Under the pieces are notes generated by a model. The model was not told the origin of the DNA. It was given only the letters and a program-made list of their open reading frames with translations, and searched no databases. A DNA stretch of 64,000 bases. Source: Eledone cirrhosa. Its lineage: Eukaryota. Position 1 is the first letter of the stretch, and every line of letters starts with the position of its first letter. Location of the stretch: the NCBI GenBank assembly GCA_964016885.1, contig OZ024742.1, positions 9,486,001 to 9,550,000 of the forward strand, given 5' to 3'. Made by a program: the position numbers and the translations under genes. Positions 32,701-50,700 of this stretch are shown here, piece by piece.

Positions 32701-35700
32701 CCTACAATATAATGTGAATAATATACCTACAATATGATGTGATCAATATACCTACAATATTATGTGAACAATATACCTACAATATAATGGGAATAATATA
32801 CCTACAATATAATGTGATCAATATACCTACAATATTATGTGAACAATATACATACAATATAATGTAAACAATATACCTACAATATAATGTGAACAATATA
32901 CCTACAATATGACGTGAACAATATACCTACAATATAATGTGATCAAGATACCTACAATGTAATGTGAACAGTATACCTACAATATGATGTGAACAATATA
33001 CCTACAATATAATGTGAACAATATACCTACAATATAATGTGAACAATATACCTACAATGTTATGTGAACAATATACCTACAATATGATGTGAACAATATA
33101 CCTACAATATTATGTGAACAATATACCTACAATATAATGTGAACAATATACCTACAATATTATGTGATCAATATACCTACAATGTAATGTGAACAATATA
33201 CCTACAATATAATGTGAACAATATACCTACAATGTTATGTGAACAATATACCTACAATATAATGGGAACAATATACCTACAATGTAATGTGAACAATATA
33301 CTTACAATATAATGTGAACAATATACCTACAATGTTATGTGAACAATATACCTACAATATAATGTGAACAATATACCTGCAATATAATGTGAACAATATA
33401 CCTACAATATAATGTGAACAATATACCTACAATGTAATGTGAACAATATACCTACAATATAATGTGAACAATATACCTACAATATAATGTGAACAATATA
33501 CCTACAATATAATGTGATCAATATACCTACAATGTAATGTGAACAATATACCTACAATATAATGTGAACAATATACCTACAATATTATGTGAACAATATA
33601 ACTACAATATAATGTGATCAATATACCTACAATTTAATGGGAACAATATACCTACAATTTAATGGGAACAATATACCTACAATCTAATGTGAAGAATATA
33701 CCTACAATATAATGTGATCAATATACCTACAACATAATGTGATCAATATACCTACAATATAATGTGAACAATATACCTACAATATAATGTGATCAATATA
33801 CCTACAATTTAATGGGAACAATATACCTACAATATAATGTGAACAGTATACCTACAATATAATGTGAACAATATACCTACAATATAATGTGAACAATATA
33901 CCTACAATATAATGTGAACAATATACCTACAATATAATGTGAACAATATACCTACAATATAATGTGAACAATATACCTACAATATGACGGGAACAATATA
34001 CCTACAATATAATGGGAACAATATACATACAATATAATGTGAACAATATACCTACAATATTATTGAACAATATACCTACAATATAATGTGAACAATATAC
34101 CTACAATATAATGTGAACAATATACCTACAATATGATATGAACAATATACCTACAATATAATGTGAACAATATACCTACAATATTATTGAACAATATACC
34201 TACAATATAATGGGAACAATATACATACATTATAATGTGAACAATATACATACAATATAATGTGAACAATATACCTACAATATAATGTGAACAATATACC
34301 TACAATATGACGTGAACAATATACCTACAATATAATGGGAATAATATACCTACAATATTATGTGAACAATATACATACAATATAATGTGAACAATATACC
34401 TACAATATAATGTGAACAATATACCTACAATATGACGTGAACAATATACCTACAATATAATGTGATCAATATACCTACAATGTAATGTGAACAATATACC
34501 TACAATATGATGTGAACAATATACCTACAATATAATGTGAACAATATACCTACAATATAATGTGAACAATATACCTACAATGTTATGTGAACAATATACC
34601 TACAATATGATGTGAACAATATACCTACAATATTATGTGAACAATATACCTACAATATAATGTGAACAATATACCTACAATATTATGTGATCAATATACC
34701 TACAATGTAATGTGAACAATATACCTACAATATAATGTGAACAATATACCTACAATGTTATGTGAACAATATACCTACAATATAATGGGAACAATATACC
34801 TACAATGTAATGTGAACAATATACCTACAATATAATGTGAACAATATACCTACAATGTTATGTGAACAATATACCTACAATATAATGTGAACAATATACC
34901 TGCAATATAATGTGAACAATATACCTACAATATAATGTGAACAATATACCTACAATGTAATGTGAACAATATACCTACAATATAATGTGAACAATATACC
35001 TACAATATAATGTGAACAATATACCTACAATATAATGTGATCAATATACCTACAATGTAATGTGAACAATATACCTACAATATAATGTGAACAATATACC
35101 TACAATATTATGTGAACAATATAACTACAATATAATGTGATCAATATACCTACAATTTAATGGGAACAATATACCTACAATTTAATGGGAACAATATACC
35201 TACAATCTAATGTGAAGAATATACCTACAATATAATGTGATCAATATACCTACAGCATAATGTGATCAATATACCTACAATATAATGTGAACAATATACC
35301 TACAATATAATGTGATCAATATACCTACAATTTAATGGGAACAATATACCTACAATATAATGTGAACAGTATACCTACAATATAATGTGAACAATATACC
35401 TACAATATAATGTGAACAATATACCTACAATATAATGTGAACAATATACCTACAATATAATGTGAACAATATACCTACAATATAATGTGAACAATATACC
35501 TACAATATGACGGGAACAATATACCTACAATATAATGGGAACAATATACATACAATATAATGTGAACAATATACCTACAATATTATTGAACAATATACCT
35601 ACAATATAATGTGAACAATATACCTACAATATAATGTGAACAATATACCTACAATATGATGTGAACAATATACCTACAATATAATGTGAACAATATACCT

Positions 35701-38700
35701 ACAATATTATTGAACAATATACCTACAATATAATGGGAACAATATACATACATTATAATGTGAACAATATACATACGTTATAATGTGAACAATATACCTA
35801 CAATATGATGTGAACAATATACCTACAATCTAATGGGAACAATATACCTACAATCTAATGTGAACAATATACATACAATATAATGTGAACAATATACCTA
35901 CAATGTTATGTGAACAATATACCTACAATATAATGTGAACAATATACCTACAATATAATGTGAACAATATACCTACAATGTTATGTGAACAATATACCTA
36001 CAATATAATGTGAACAATATATCTACAATATAATGTGATCAATATACCTACAATATTATTGAACAATATACCTACAATATAATGTGAACAATATACCTAC
36101 AATATAATGTGAACAATATACCTACAATATAATGTGAACAATATACCTACAATGTAATGTGAACAATATACCTACAAAATGACGTGAACAATATACCTAT
36201 AATATAATGTGAACAATATACCTACAATGTAATGTGAACAATATACCTACAATATAATGTGAACAATATACCTACAATATAATGTGATCAATATACCTAC
36301 AATATAATGTGAACAATATACCTACAATGTAATGTAAACAATATACCTACAATATGATGTGAACAATATACCTACAATATAATGTGATCAATATACCTAC
36401 AATATTATTGAACAATATACCTACAATGTAATGTGAACAATATACCTACAATATGACGTGAACAATATACCTACAATATAATGTGAACAATATACCTACA
36501 ATATAATGTGAACAATATACCTACAATGTAATGTGAACAATATACCTACAATATAATGTGAACAATATACCTACAATATAATGTGATCAATATACCTGCA
36601 ATATTATTGAACAATATACCTACAATGTAATGTGAACAATATACCTACAATATAATGTGAACAATATACCTACAATATAATGTGAACAATATACATACAA
36701 TATAATGTGAACAATATACCTACAATATGACGTGAACAATATACCTACAATATTATTGAACAATATACCTACAATATTATTGAACAATATACCTACAATA
36801 TTATTGAACAATATACCTACAATGTAATGTGAACAATATACCTACAATATAATGTGAAGAATATACCTATAATATAATGTGAACAATATACCTACAATAT
36901 CATGTGAACAATATACCTACAATATGACGTGAACAATATACCTACAATGTAATGTGAACAATATACCTACAATATAATGTGAACAATATACCTACAATAT
37001 AATGTGATCAATATACCTACAATGTAATGTGAACAATATACCTACAATATAATGTGAACAATATACCTACAATATGACGTGAACAATATACCTACAATAT
37101 AATGTGAACAATATACCTACAATATAATGTGAACAATATACCTACAATATAATGTGAACAATATACCTACAATATTATGTGAACAATATACCTACAATAT
37201 AATGTGAACAATATACCTACAATATGACGTGAACAATATACCTACAATATGATGTGATCAATATACCTACAATATAATGTGAACAATATACCTACAATAT
37301 AATGTGATCAATATACCTACAATGTAATGTGAACAATATACCTACAATATAATGTGAACAATATACCTACAATGTTATGTGAACAATATACCTACAATAT
37401 AATGTGAACAATATACCTACAATATAATGTGAACAATATACCTACAATGTAATGTGAACAATATACCTACAATATAATGTGAACAATATACCTACAATAT
37501 TATGTGAACAATATACCTACAATATAATGTGAACAATATACCTACAATATAATGAGAACAATATAACTACAATATAATGTGAACAATATACCTACAATAT
37601 AATGTGAACAATATACCTACAATATGACGTGAACAATATACCTACAATATAATGTGAACAATATACCTACAATATAATGTGAACAATATACCTACAATAT
37701 AATGTGAACAATTTATAATGTGAACAATATATAATGTGAACAATATACCTACAATATAATGTGAATAATATACCTACAATATAATGTGAACAATATATCT
37801 ACAATGTAATGGGAATAATATACCTACAATCTAATGTGAACAATATACCTACAATGTTATGTGAACAATATACCTACAATATAATGTGAACAATATACCT
37901 ACAATATAATGTGAACAATATACCTACAATCTAATGTGAACAATATACCTACAATATAATGTGAACAATATACCTACAATGTTATGTGAACAATATACCT
38001 ACAATCTAATGTGAACAATATACCTACAATGTTATGTGAACAATATACCTACAATATGATGTGAACAATATACCTACAATGTTATGTGAACAATATACCT
38101 ACAATATAATGTGAACAATATACCTACAATATAATGTGAACAATATACCTACAATATAATGTGAACAATATACCTACAATGTAATGTGAACAATATACCT
38201 ACAATATAATGTGAACAATATACCTACAATATAATGTGAACAATATACCTACAATATAATGTGAACAATATACCTACAGTGTAATGTGAACAATATACCT
38301 ACAATATGACGTGAACAATATACCTACAATATAATGTGAATAATATACCTACAATATGATGTGAACAATATACCTACAATGTTATGTGAACAATATACCT
38401 ACAATATAATGTGAACAATATACCTACAATATAATGTGAACAATATACCTACAATATAATGTGAACAATATACCTACAATGTAATGTGAACAATATACCT
38501 ACAATATAATGTGAACAATATACCTACAATATAATGTGATCAATATACCTACAATATTATTGAACAATATACCTACAATATAATGTGAACAATATACCTA
38601 CAATATAATGTGAACAATATACCTACAATATAATGTGAACAATATACCTACAATATAATGTGAACAATATACCTACAATGTAATGTGAACAATATACCTA

Positions 38701-41700
38701 CAATATAATGTGAACAATATACCTACAATATAATGTGAACAATATACATACAATATGACGTGAACAATATACCTACAATGTAATGTGAACAATATACCTA
38801 CAATATAATGTGAAGAATATACCTACAATATAATGTGAACAATATACCTACAATATAATGTGAACAATATACCTACAATGTAATGTGAACAATATACCTA
38901 CAATATAATGTGAACAATATACATACAATATAATGTGAACAATATACCTACAATATAATGTGAAGAATATACCTACAATATAATGTGAACAATATACCTA
39001 CAATATAATGTGAACAATATACCTACAATATGACGTGAACAATATACCTACAATGTAACGTGAACAATATACCTACAATATAATGTGAACAATATACCTA
39101 CAATATGACGTGAACAATATACCTACAATATAATGTGAACAATATACCTACAATATAATGTGAACAATATACCTACAATATAATGTGAACAATATATAAT
39201 GTGAACAATATACCTACAATATAATGTGAATAATATACCTACAATATAATGTGAACAATATATCTACAATGTAATGGGAATAATATACCTACAATCTAAT
39301 GTGAACAATATACCTACAATGTTATGTGAACAATATACCTACAATATAATGTGAACAATATACCTACAATATAATGTGAACAATATACCTACCATCTAAT
39401 GTGAACAATATACCTACAATATAATGTGAACAATATACCTACAATGTTATGTGAACAATATACCTACAATCTAATGTGAACAATATACCTACAATGTTAT
39501 GTGAACAATATACCTACAATATGATGTGAACAATATACCTACAATGTTATGTGAACAATATACCTACAATATAATGTGAACAATATACCTACAATATAAT
39601 GTGAACAATATACCTACAATATAATGTGAACAATATACCTACAATGTAATGTGAACAATATACCTACAATATAATGTGAACAATATACCTACAATATAAT
39701 GTGAACAATATACCTACAATATAATGTGAACAATATACCTACAGTGTAATGTGAACAATATACCTACAATATGACGTGAACAATATACCTACAATATAAT
39801 GTGAATAATATACCTACAATATGATGTGAACAATATACCTACAATGTTATGTGAACAATATACCTACAATATAATGTGAACAATATACCTACAATATAAT
39901 GTGAACAATATACCTACAATATAATGTGAACAATATACCTACAATGTAATGTGAACAATATACCTACAATATAATGTGAACAATATACCTACAATATAAT
40001 GTGATCAATATACCTACAATATTATTGAACAATATACCTACAATATAATGTGAACAATATACCTACAATATAATGTGAACAATATACCTACAATATAATG
40101 TGAACAATATACCTACAATATAATGTGAACAATATACCTACAATGTAATGTGAACAATATACCTACAATATAATGTGAACAATATACCTACAATATAATG
40201 TGAACAATATACATACAATATGACGTGAACAATATACCTACAATGTAATGTGAACAATATACCTACAATATAATGTGAAGAATATACCTACAATATAATG
40301 TGAACAATATACCTACAATATAATGTGAACAATATACCTACAATGTAATGTGAACAATATACCTACAATATAATGTGAACAATATACATACAATATAATG
40401 TGAACAATATACCTACAATATAATGTGAAGAATATACCTACAATATAATGTGAACAATATACCTACAATATAATGTGAACAATATACCTACAATATGACG
40501 TGAACAATATACCTACAATGTAATGTGAACAATATACCTACAATATAATGTGAACAATATACCTACAATATAATGTGATCAATATACCTACAATGTAATG
40601 TGAACAATATACCTACAATATAATGTGAACAATATACCTACAATATGACGTGAACAATATACCTACAATATAATGTGAACAATATACCTACAATATAATG
40701 TGAACAATATACCTACAATATAATGTGAACAATATACCTACAATATAATGTGAACAATATACCTACAATGTAATGTGAACAATATACCTACAATATAATG
40801 TGAACAATATACCTACAATATAATGTGAACAATATATAATGTGAACAATATACCTACAATATAATGTGAATAATATACCTACAATATAATGTGAACAATA
40901 TACCTACAATGTAATGGGAATAATATACCTACAATCTAATGTGAACAATATACCTACAATGTTATGTGAACAATATACCTACAATATAATGTGATCAATA
41001 TACCTACAATATAATGTGAACAATATACCTACAATATTATGTGAACAATATACATACAATATAATGTGAACAATATACCTACAATATAATGTGAACAATA
41101 TACCTACAATATAATGTGAACAATATACCTACAATCTAATGTGAACAATATACCTACAATATAATGTGAACAATATACCTACAATGTTATGTGAACAATA
41201 TACCTACAATCTAATGTGAACAATATACCTACAATGTTATGTGAACAATATACCTACAATATAATGTGAACAATATACCTACAATATGATGTGAACAATG
41301 TACCTACAATGTTATGTGAACAATATACCTACAATATAACGTGAACAATATACCTACAATATAATGTGAACAATATACCTACAATATAATGTGAACAATA
41401 TACCTACACTATAATGTGAACAATATACCTACAATATAATGTGAACAATATACCTACAATATGACGGGAACAATATACCTACAATATGATGTGAACAATA
41501 TACCTACAATATGACGGGAACAATATACCTACAATATGATGTGAACAATATACCTACAATATGACGGGAACAATATAGCTACAATATGACGGGAACAATA
41601 TACCTACAATATAATGTGAACAATATACCTACAATATGACGGGAACAATATACCTACAATATAATGTGAACAATATACCTACAATATAATGTGAACAATA

Positions 41701-44700
41701 TACCTACAATATAATGTGAACAATATACCTACAATATAATGTGAACAATATACCTACAATATAATGTGAACAATATAACTACAATATAATGTGAACAATA
41801 TACCTACAATATGACGTGAACAATATACCTACAATATAATGTGAACAATATACCTACAATATAATGTGAACAATATAACTACAATATAATGTGAACAATA
41901 TACCTACAATCTAATGTGAACAATATAACTACAATATAATGTGAACAATATACCTACAATCTAATGTGAACAATATAACTACAATATAATGTGAACAATA
42001 TACCTACAATGTAATGTGAACAATATACCTACAATATAATGTGAACAATATACCTACAATATGACGTGAACAATATACCTACAATATAATGTGAACAATA
42101 TAACTACAATATAATGTGAACAATATACCTACAATATAATGTGAACAATATACCTACAATATGACGTGAACAATAGACCTACAATATAATGTGAACAATA
42201 TACCTACAATATGACGTGAACAATATAACTACAATATAATGTGAACAATATACCTACAATTTAATGTGAACAATATACCTACAATATAATGTGAACAATA
42301 TACCTACAATATAATGTGAATAATATACCTACAATATGATGTGATCAATATACCTACAATGTAATGTGAACAATATACCTACAATATGATGTGAATAATA
42401 TACCTACAATATGATGTGATCAATATACCTACAATATGATGTGATCAATATACCTACAATATAATGTGAACAATATACCTACAATATAATGTGAACAATA
42501 TACCTACAATATAATGTGATCAATATACCTACAATATGATGTGATCAATATACCTACAATCTAATGTGAACAATATACCTACAATGTTATGTGAACAATA
42601 TACCTACAATATAATGTGAACAATATACCTACAATATAATGTGAACAATATACCTACCATCTAATGTGAACAATATACCTACAATATAATGTGAACAATA
42701 TACCTACAATGTTATGTGAACAATATACCTACAATCTAATGTGAACAATATACCTACAATGTTATGTGAACAATATACCTACAATATGATGTGAACAATA
42801 TACCTACAATGTTATGTGAACAATATACCTACAATATAATGTGAACAATATACCTACAATATAATGTGAACAATATACCTACAATATAATGTGAACAATA
42901 TACCTACAATGTAATGTGAACAATATACCTACAATATAATGTGAACAATATACCTACAATATAATGTGAACAATATACCTACAATATAATGTGAACAATA
43001 TACCTACAGTGTAATGTGAACAATATACCTACAATATGACGTGAACAATATACCTACAATATAATGGGAACAATATACATACAATATAATGTGAACAATA
43101 TACCTACAATATTATTGAACAATATACCTACAATATAATGTGAACAATATAATGTGAACAATACACCTACAATATAATGTGAACAGTATACCTACAATAT
43201 AATGTGAACAATATACCTACAATATAATGTGATCAATATACCTACAATATAATGAGAACAATATACCTACAATATAATGTGATCAATATACCTACAATAT
43301 AATGAGAACAATATAACTACAATATAATGTGAACAGTATACCTACAATATAATGTGAACAATATACCTACAATATAATGTGAACAATATACCTACAATAT
43401 GACGTGAACAATATACCTACAATATAATGGGAACAATATACATACAATATAATGTGAACAATATACCTACAATATTATTGAACAATATACCTACAATATA
43501 ATGTGAACAATATACGTACAATATAATGTGAACAATATACCTACAATATTATTGAACAATATACCTACAATATAATGGGAACAATATACATACGTTATAA
43601 TGTGAACAATATACCTACAATATAATGTGAACTATATACCTACAATGTAACTACAATATAATGTGAACAATATACCTACAATATAATGTGAACAATATAC
43701 CTGCAATAAAATGTGAACAATATACCTACATTATAATGTGAACAATATACCTACAATATAATGTGAACAATATACCTACAATATAATGCGATCAATATAG
43801 CTACAATGTAATGTGAATAATATACCTACAATGTTATGTGAACAATATACCTACAATATAATGTGAACTATATACCTACAATGTAATGTGAATAATATAC
43901 CTACAATATGATGTGAACAATATACCTACAATATAATGTGAACAATATACCTACAATATAATGTGAAGAATATACCTACAATATAATGTGAACAATATAT
44001 AATGTGAACAATATACCTACAATATAATGTGAATAATATACCTACAATATGATGTGATCAATATACCTACAATATTATGTGAACAATATACCTACAATAT
44101 AATGGGAATAATATACCTACAATATAATGTGATCAATATACCTACAATATTATGTGAACAATATACATACAATATAATGTAAACAATATACCTACAATAT
44201 AATGTGAACAATATACCTACAATATGACGTGAACAATATACCTACAATATAATGTGATCAAGATACCTACAATGTAATGTGAACAGTATACCTACAATAT
44301 GATGTGAACAATATACCTACAATATAATGTGAACAATATACCTACAATATAATGTGAACAATATACCTACAATGTTATGTGAACAATATACCTACAATAT
44401 GATGTGAACAATATACCTACAATATTATGTGAACAATATACCTACAATATAATGTGAACAATATACCTACAATATTATGTGATCAATATACCTACAATGT
44501 AATGTGAACAATATACCTACAATATAATGTGAACAATATACCTACAATGTTATGTGAACAATATACCTACAATATAATGGGAACAATATACCTACAATGT
44601 AATGTGAACAATATACTTACAATATAATGTGAACAATATACCTACAATGTTATGTGAACAATATACCTACAATATAATGTGAACAATATACCTGCAATAT

Positions 44701-47700
44701 AATGTGAACAATATACCTACAATATAATGTGAACAATATACCTACAATGTAATGTGAACAATATACCTACAATATAATGTGAACAATATACCTACAATAT
44801 AATGTGAACAATATACCTACAATATAATGTGATCAATATACCTACAATGTAATGTGAACAATATACCTACAATATAATGTGAACAATATACCTACAATAT
44901 TATGTGAACAATATAACTACAATATAATGTGATCAATATACCTACAATTTAATGGGAACAATATACCTACAATTTAATGGGAACAATATACCTACAATCT
45001 AATGTGAAGAATATACCTACAATATAATGTGATCAATATACCTACAACATAATGTGATCAATATACCTACAATATAATGTGAACAATATACCTACAATAT
45101 AATGTGATCAATATACCTACAATTTAATGGGAACAATATACCTACAATATAATGTGAACAGTATACCTACAATATAATGTGAACAATATACCTACAATAT
45201 AATGTGAACAATATACCTACAATATAATGTGAACAATATACCTACAATATAATGTGAACAATATACCTACAATATAATGTGAACAATATACCTACAATAT
45301 GACGGGAACAATATACCTACAATATAATGGGAACAATATACATACAATATAATGTGAACAATATACCTACAATATTATTGAACAATATACCTACAATATA
45401 ATGTGAACAATATACCTACAATATAATGTGAACAATATACCTACAATATGATATGAACAATATACCTACAATATAATGTGAACAATATACCTACAATATT
45501 ATTGAACAATATACCTACAATATAATGGGAACAATATACATACATTATAATGTGAACAATATACATACAATATAATGTGAACAATATACCTACAATATAA
45601 TGTGAACAATATACCTACAATATGACGTGAACAATATACCTACAATATAATGGGAATAATATACCTACAATATTATGTGAACAATATACATACAATATAA
45701 TGTGAACAATATACCTACAATATAATGTGAACAATATACCTACAATATGACGTGAACAATATACCTACAATATAATGTGATCAATATACCTACAATGTAA
45801 TGTGAACAATATACCTACAATATGATGTGAACAATATACCTACAATATAATGTGAACAATATACCTACAATATAATGTGAACAATATACCTACAATGTTA
45901 TGTGAACAATATACCTACAATATGATGTGAACAATATACCTACAATATTATGTGAACAATATACCTACAATATAATGTGAACAATATACCTACAATATTA
46001 TGTGATCAATATACCTACAATGTAATGTGAACAATATACCTACAATATAATGTGAACAATATACCTACAATGTTATGTGAACAATATACCTACAATATAA
46101 TGGGAACAATATACCTACAATGTAATGTGAACAATATACCTACAATATAATGTGAACAATATACCTACAATGTTATGTGAACAATATACCTACAATATAA
46201 TGTGAACAATATACCTGCAATATAATGTGAACAATATACCTACAATATAATGTGAACAATATACCTACAATGTAATGTGAACAATATACCTACAATATAA
46301 TGTGAACAATATACCTACAATATAATGTGAACAATATACCTACAATATAATGTGATCAATATACCTACAATGTAATGTGAACAATATACCTACAATATAA
46401 TGTGAACAATATACCTACAATATTATGTGAACAATATAACTACAATATAATGTGATCAATATACCTACAATTTAATGGGAACAATATACCTACAATTTAA
46501 TGGGAACAATATACCTACAATCTAATGTGAAGAATATACCTACAATATAATGTGATCAATATACCTACAACATAATGTGATCAATATACCTACAATATAA
46601 TGTGAACAATATACCTACAATATAATGTGATCAATATACCTACAATTTAATGGGAACAATATACCTACAATATAATGTGAACAGTATACCTACAATATAA
46701 TGTGAACAATATACCTACAATATAATGTGAACAATATACCTACAATATAATGTGAACAATATACCTACAATATAATGTGAACAATATACCTACAATATAA
46801 TGTGAACAATATACCTACAATATGACGGGAACAATATACCTACAATATAATGGGAACAATATACATACAATATAATGTGAACAATATACCTACAATATTA
46901 TTGAACAATATACCTACAATATAATGTGAACAATATACCTACAATATAATGTGAACAATATACCTACAATATGATGTGAACAATATACCTACAATATAAT
47001 GTGAACAATATACCTACAATATTATTGAACAATATACCTACAATATAATGGGAACAATATACATACATTATAATGTGAACAATATACATACGTTATAATG
47101 TGAACAATATACCTACAATATGATGTGAACAATATACCTACAATCTAATGGGAACAATATACCTACAATCTAATGTGAACAATATACATACAATATAATG
47201 TGAACAATATACCTACAATGTTATGTGAACAATATACCTACAATATAATGTGAACAATATACCTACAATATAATGTGAACAATATACCTACAATGTTATG
47301 TGAACAATATACCTACAATATAATGTGAACAATATATCTACAATATAATGTGATCAATATACCTACAATATTATTGAACAATATACCTACAATATAATGT
47401 GAACAATATACCTACAATATAATGTGAACAATATACCTACAATATAATGTGAACAATATACCTACAATGTAATGTGAACAATATACCTACAAAATGACGT
47501 GAACAATATACCTATAATATAATGTGAACAATATACCTACAATGTAATGTGAACAATATACCTACAATATAATGTGAACAATATACCTACAATATAATGT
47601 GATCAATATACCTACAATATAATGTGAACAATATACCTACAATGTAATGTAAACAATATACCTACAATATGATGTGAACAATATACCTACAATATAATGT

Positions 47701-50700
47701 GATCAATATACCTACAATATTATTGAACAATATACCTACAATGTAATGTGAACAATATACCTACAATATGACGTGAACAATATACCTACAATATAATGTG
47801 AACAATATACCTACAATATAATGTGAACAATATACCTACAATGTAATGTGAACAATATACCTACAATATAATGTGAACAATATACCTACAATATAATGTG
47901 ATCAATATACCTGCAATATTATTGAACAATATACCTACAATGTAATGTGAACAATATACCTACAATATAATGTGAACAATATACCTACAATATAATGTGA
48001 ACAATATACATACAATATAATGTGAACAATATACCTACAATATGACGTGAACAATATACCTACAATATTATTGAACAATATACCTACAATATTATTGAAC
48101 AATATACCTACAATATTATTGAACAATATACCTACAATGTAATGTGAACAATATACCTACAATATAATGTGAAGAATATACCTATAATATAATGTGAACA
48201 ATATACCTACAATATCATGTGAACAATATACCTACAATATGACGTGAACAATATACCTACAGTGTAATGTGAACAATATACCTACAATATAATGTGAACA
48301 ATATACCTACAATATAATGTGATCAATATACCTACAATGTAATGTGAACAATATACCTACAATATAATGTGAACAATATACCTACAATATGACGTGAACA
48401 ATATACCTACAATATAATGTGAACAATATACCTACAATATAATGTGAACAATATACCTACAATATAATGTGAACAATATACCTACAATATTATGTGAACA
48501 ATATACCTACAATATAATGTGAACAATATACCTACAATATGACGTGAACAATATACCTACAATATGATGTGATCAATATACCTACAATATAATGTGAACA
48601 ATATACCTACAATATAATGTGATCAATATACCTACAATGTAATGTGAACAATATACCTACAATATAATGTGAACAATATACCTACAATGTTATGTGAACA
48701 ATATACCTACAATATAATGTGAACAATATACCTACAATATAATGTGAACAATATACCTACAATGTAATGTGAACAATATACCTACAATATAATGTGAACA
48801 ATATACCTACAATATTATGTGAACAATATACCTACAATATAATGTGAACAATATACCTACAATATAATGAGAACAATATAACTACAATATAATGTGAACA
48901 ATATACCTACAATATAATGTGAACAATATACCTACAATATGACGTGAACAATATACCTACAATATAATGTGAACAATATACCTACAATATAATGTGAACA
49001 ATATACCTACAATATAATGTGAACAATTTATAATGTGAACAATATATAATGTGAACAATATACCTACAATATAATGTGAATAATATACCTACAATATAAT
49101 GTGAACAATATATCTACAATGTAATGGGAATAATATACCTACAATCTAATGTGAACAATATACCTACAATGTTATGTGAACAATATACCTACAATATAAT
49201 GTGAACAATATACCTACAATATAATGTGAACAATATACCTACAATCTAATGTGAACAATATACCTACAATATAATGTGAACAATATACCTACAATGTTAT
49301 GTGAACAATATACCTACAATCTAATGTGAACAATATACCTACAATGTTATGTGAACAATATACCTACAATATGATGTGAACAATATACCTACAATGTTAT
49401 GTGAACAATATACCTACAATATAATGTGAACAATATACCTACAATATAATGTGAACAATATACCTACAATATAATGTGAACAATATACCTACAATGTAAT
49501 GTGAACAATATACCTACAATATAATGTGAACAATATACCTACAATATAATGTGAACAATATACCTACAATATAATGTGAACAATATACCTACAGTGTAAT
49601 GTGAACAATATACCTACAATATGACGTGAACAATATACCTACAATATAATGTGAATAATATACCTACAATATGATGTGAACAATATACCTACAATGTTAT
49701 GTGAACAATATACCTACAATATAATGTGAACAATATACCTACAATATAATGTGAACAATATACCTACAATATAATGTGAACAATATACCTACAATGTAAT
49801 GTGAACAATATACCTACAATATAATGTGAACAATATACCTACAATATAATGTGATCAATATACCTACAATATTATTGAACAATATACCTACAATATAATG
49901 TGAACAATATACCTACAATATAATGTGAACAATATACCTACAATATAATGTGAACAATATACCTACAATATAATGTGAACAATATACCTACAATGTAATG
50001 TGAACAATATACCTACAATATAATGTGAACAATATACCTACAATATAATGTGAACAATATACATACAATATGACGTGAACAATATACCTACAATGTAATG
50101 TGAACAATATACCTACAATATAATGTGAAGAATATACCTACAATATAATGTGAACAATATACCTACAATATAATGTGAACAATATACCTACAATGTAATG
50201 TGAACAATATACCTACAATATAATGTGAACAATATACATACAATATAATGTGAACAATATACCTACAATATAATGTGAAGAATATACCTACAATATAATG
50301 TGAACAATATACCTACAATATAATGTGAACAATATACCTACAATATGACGTGAACAATATACCTACAATGTAACGTGAACAATATACCTACAATATAATG
50401 TGAACAATATACCTACAATATGACGTGAACAATATACCTACAATATAATGTGAACAATATACCTACAATATAATGTGAACAATATACCTACAATATAATG
50501 TGAACAATATATAATGTGAACAATATACCTACAATATAATGTGAATAATATACCTACAATATAATGTGAACAATATATCTACAATGTAATGGGAATAATA
50601 TACCTACAATCTAATGTGAACAATATACCTACAATGTTATGTGAACAATATACCTACAATATAATGTGAACAATATACCTACAATATAATGTGAACAATA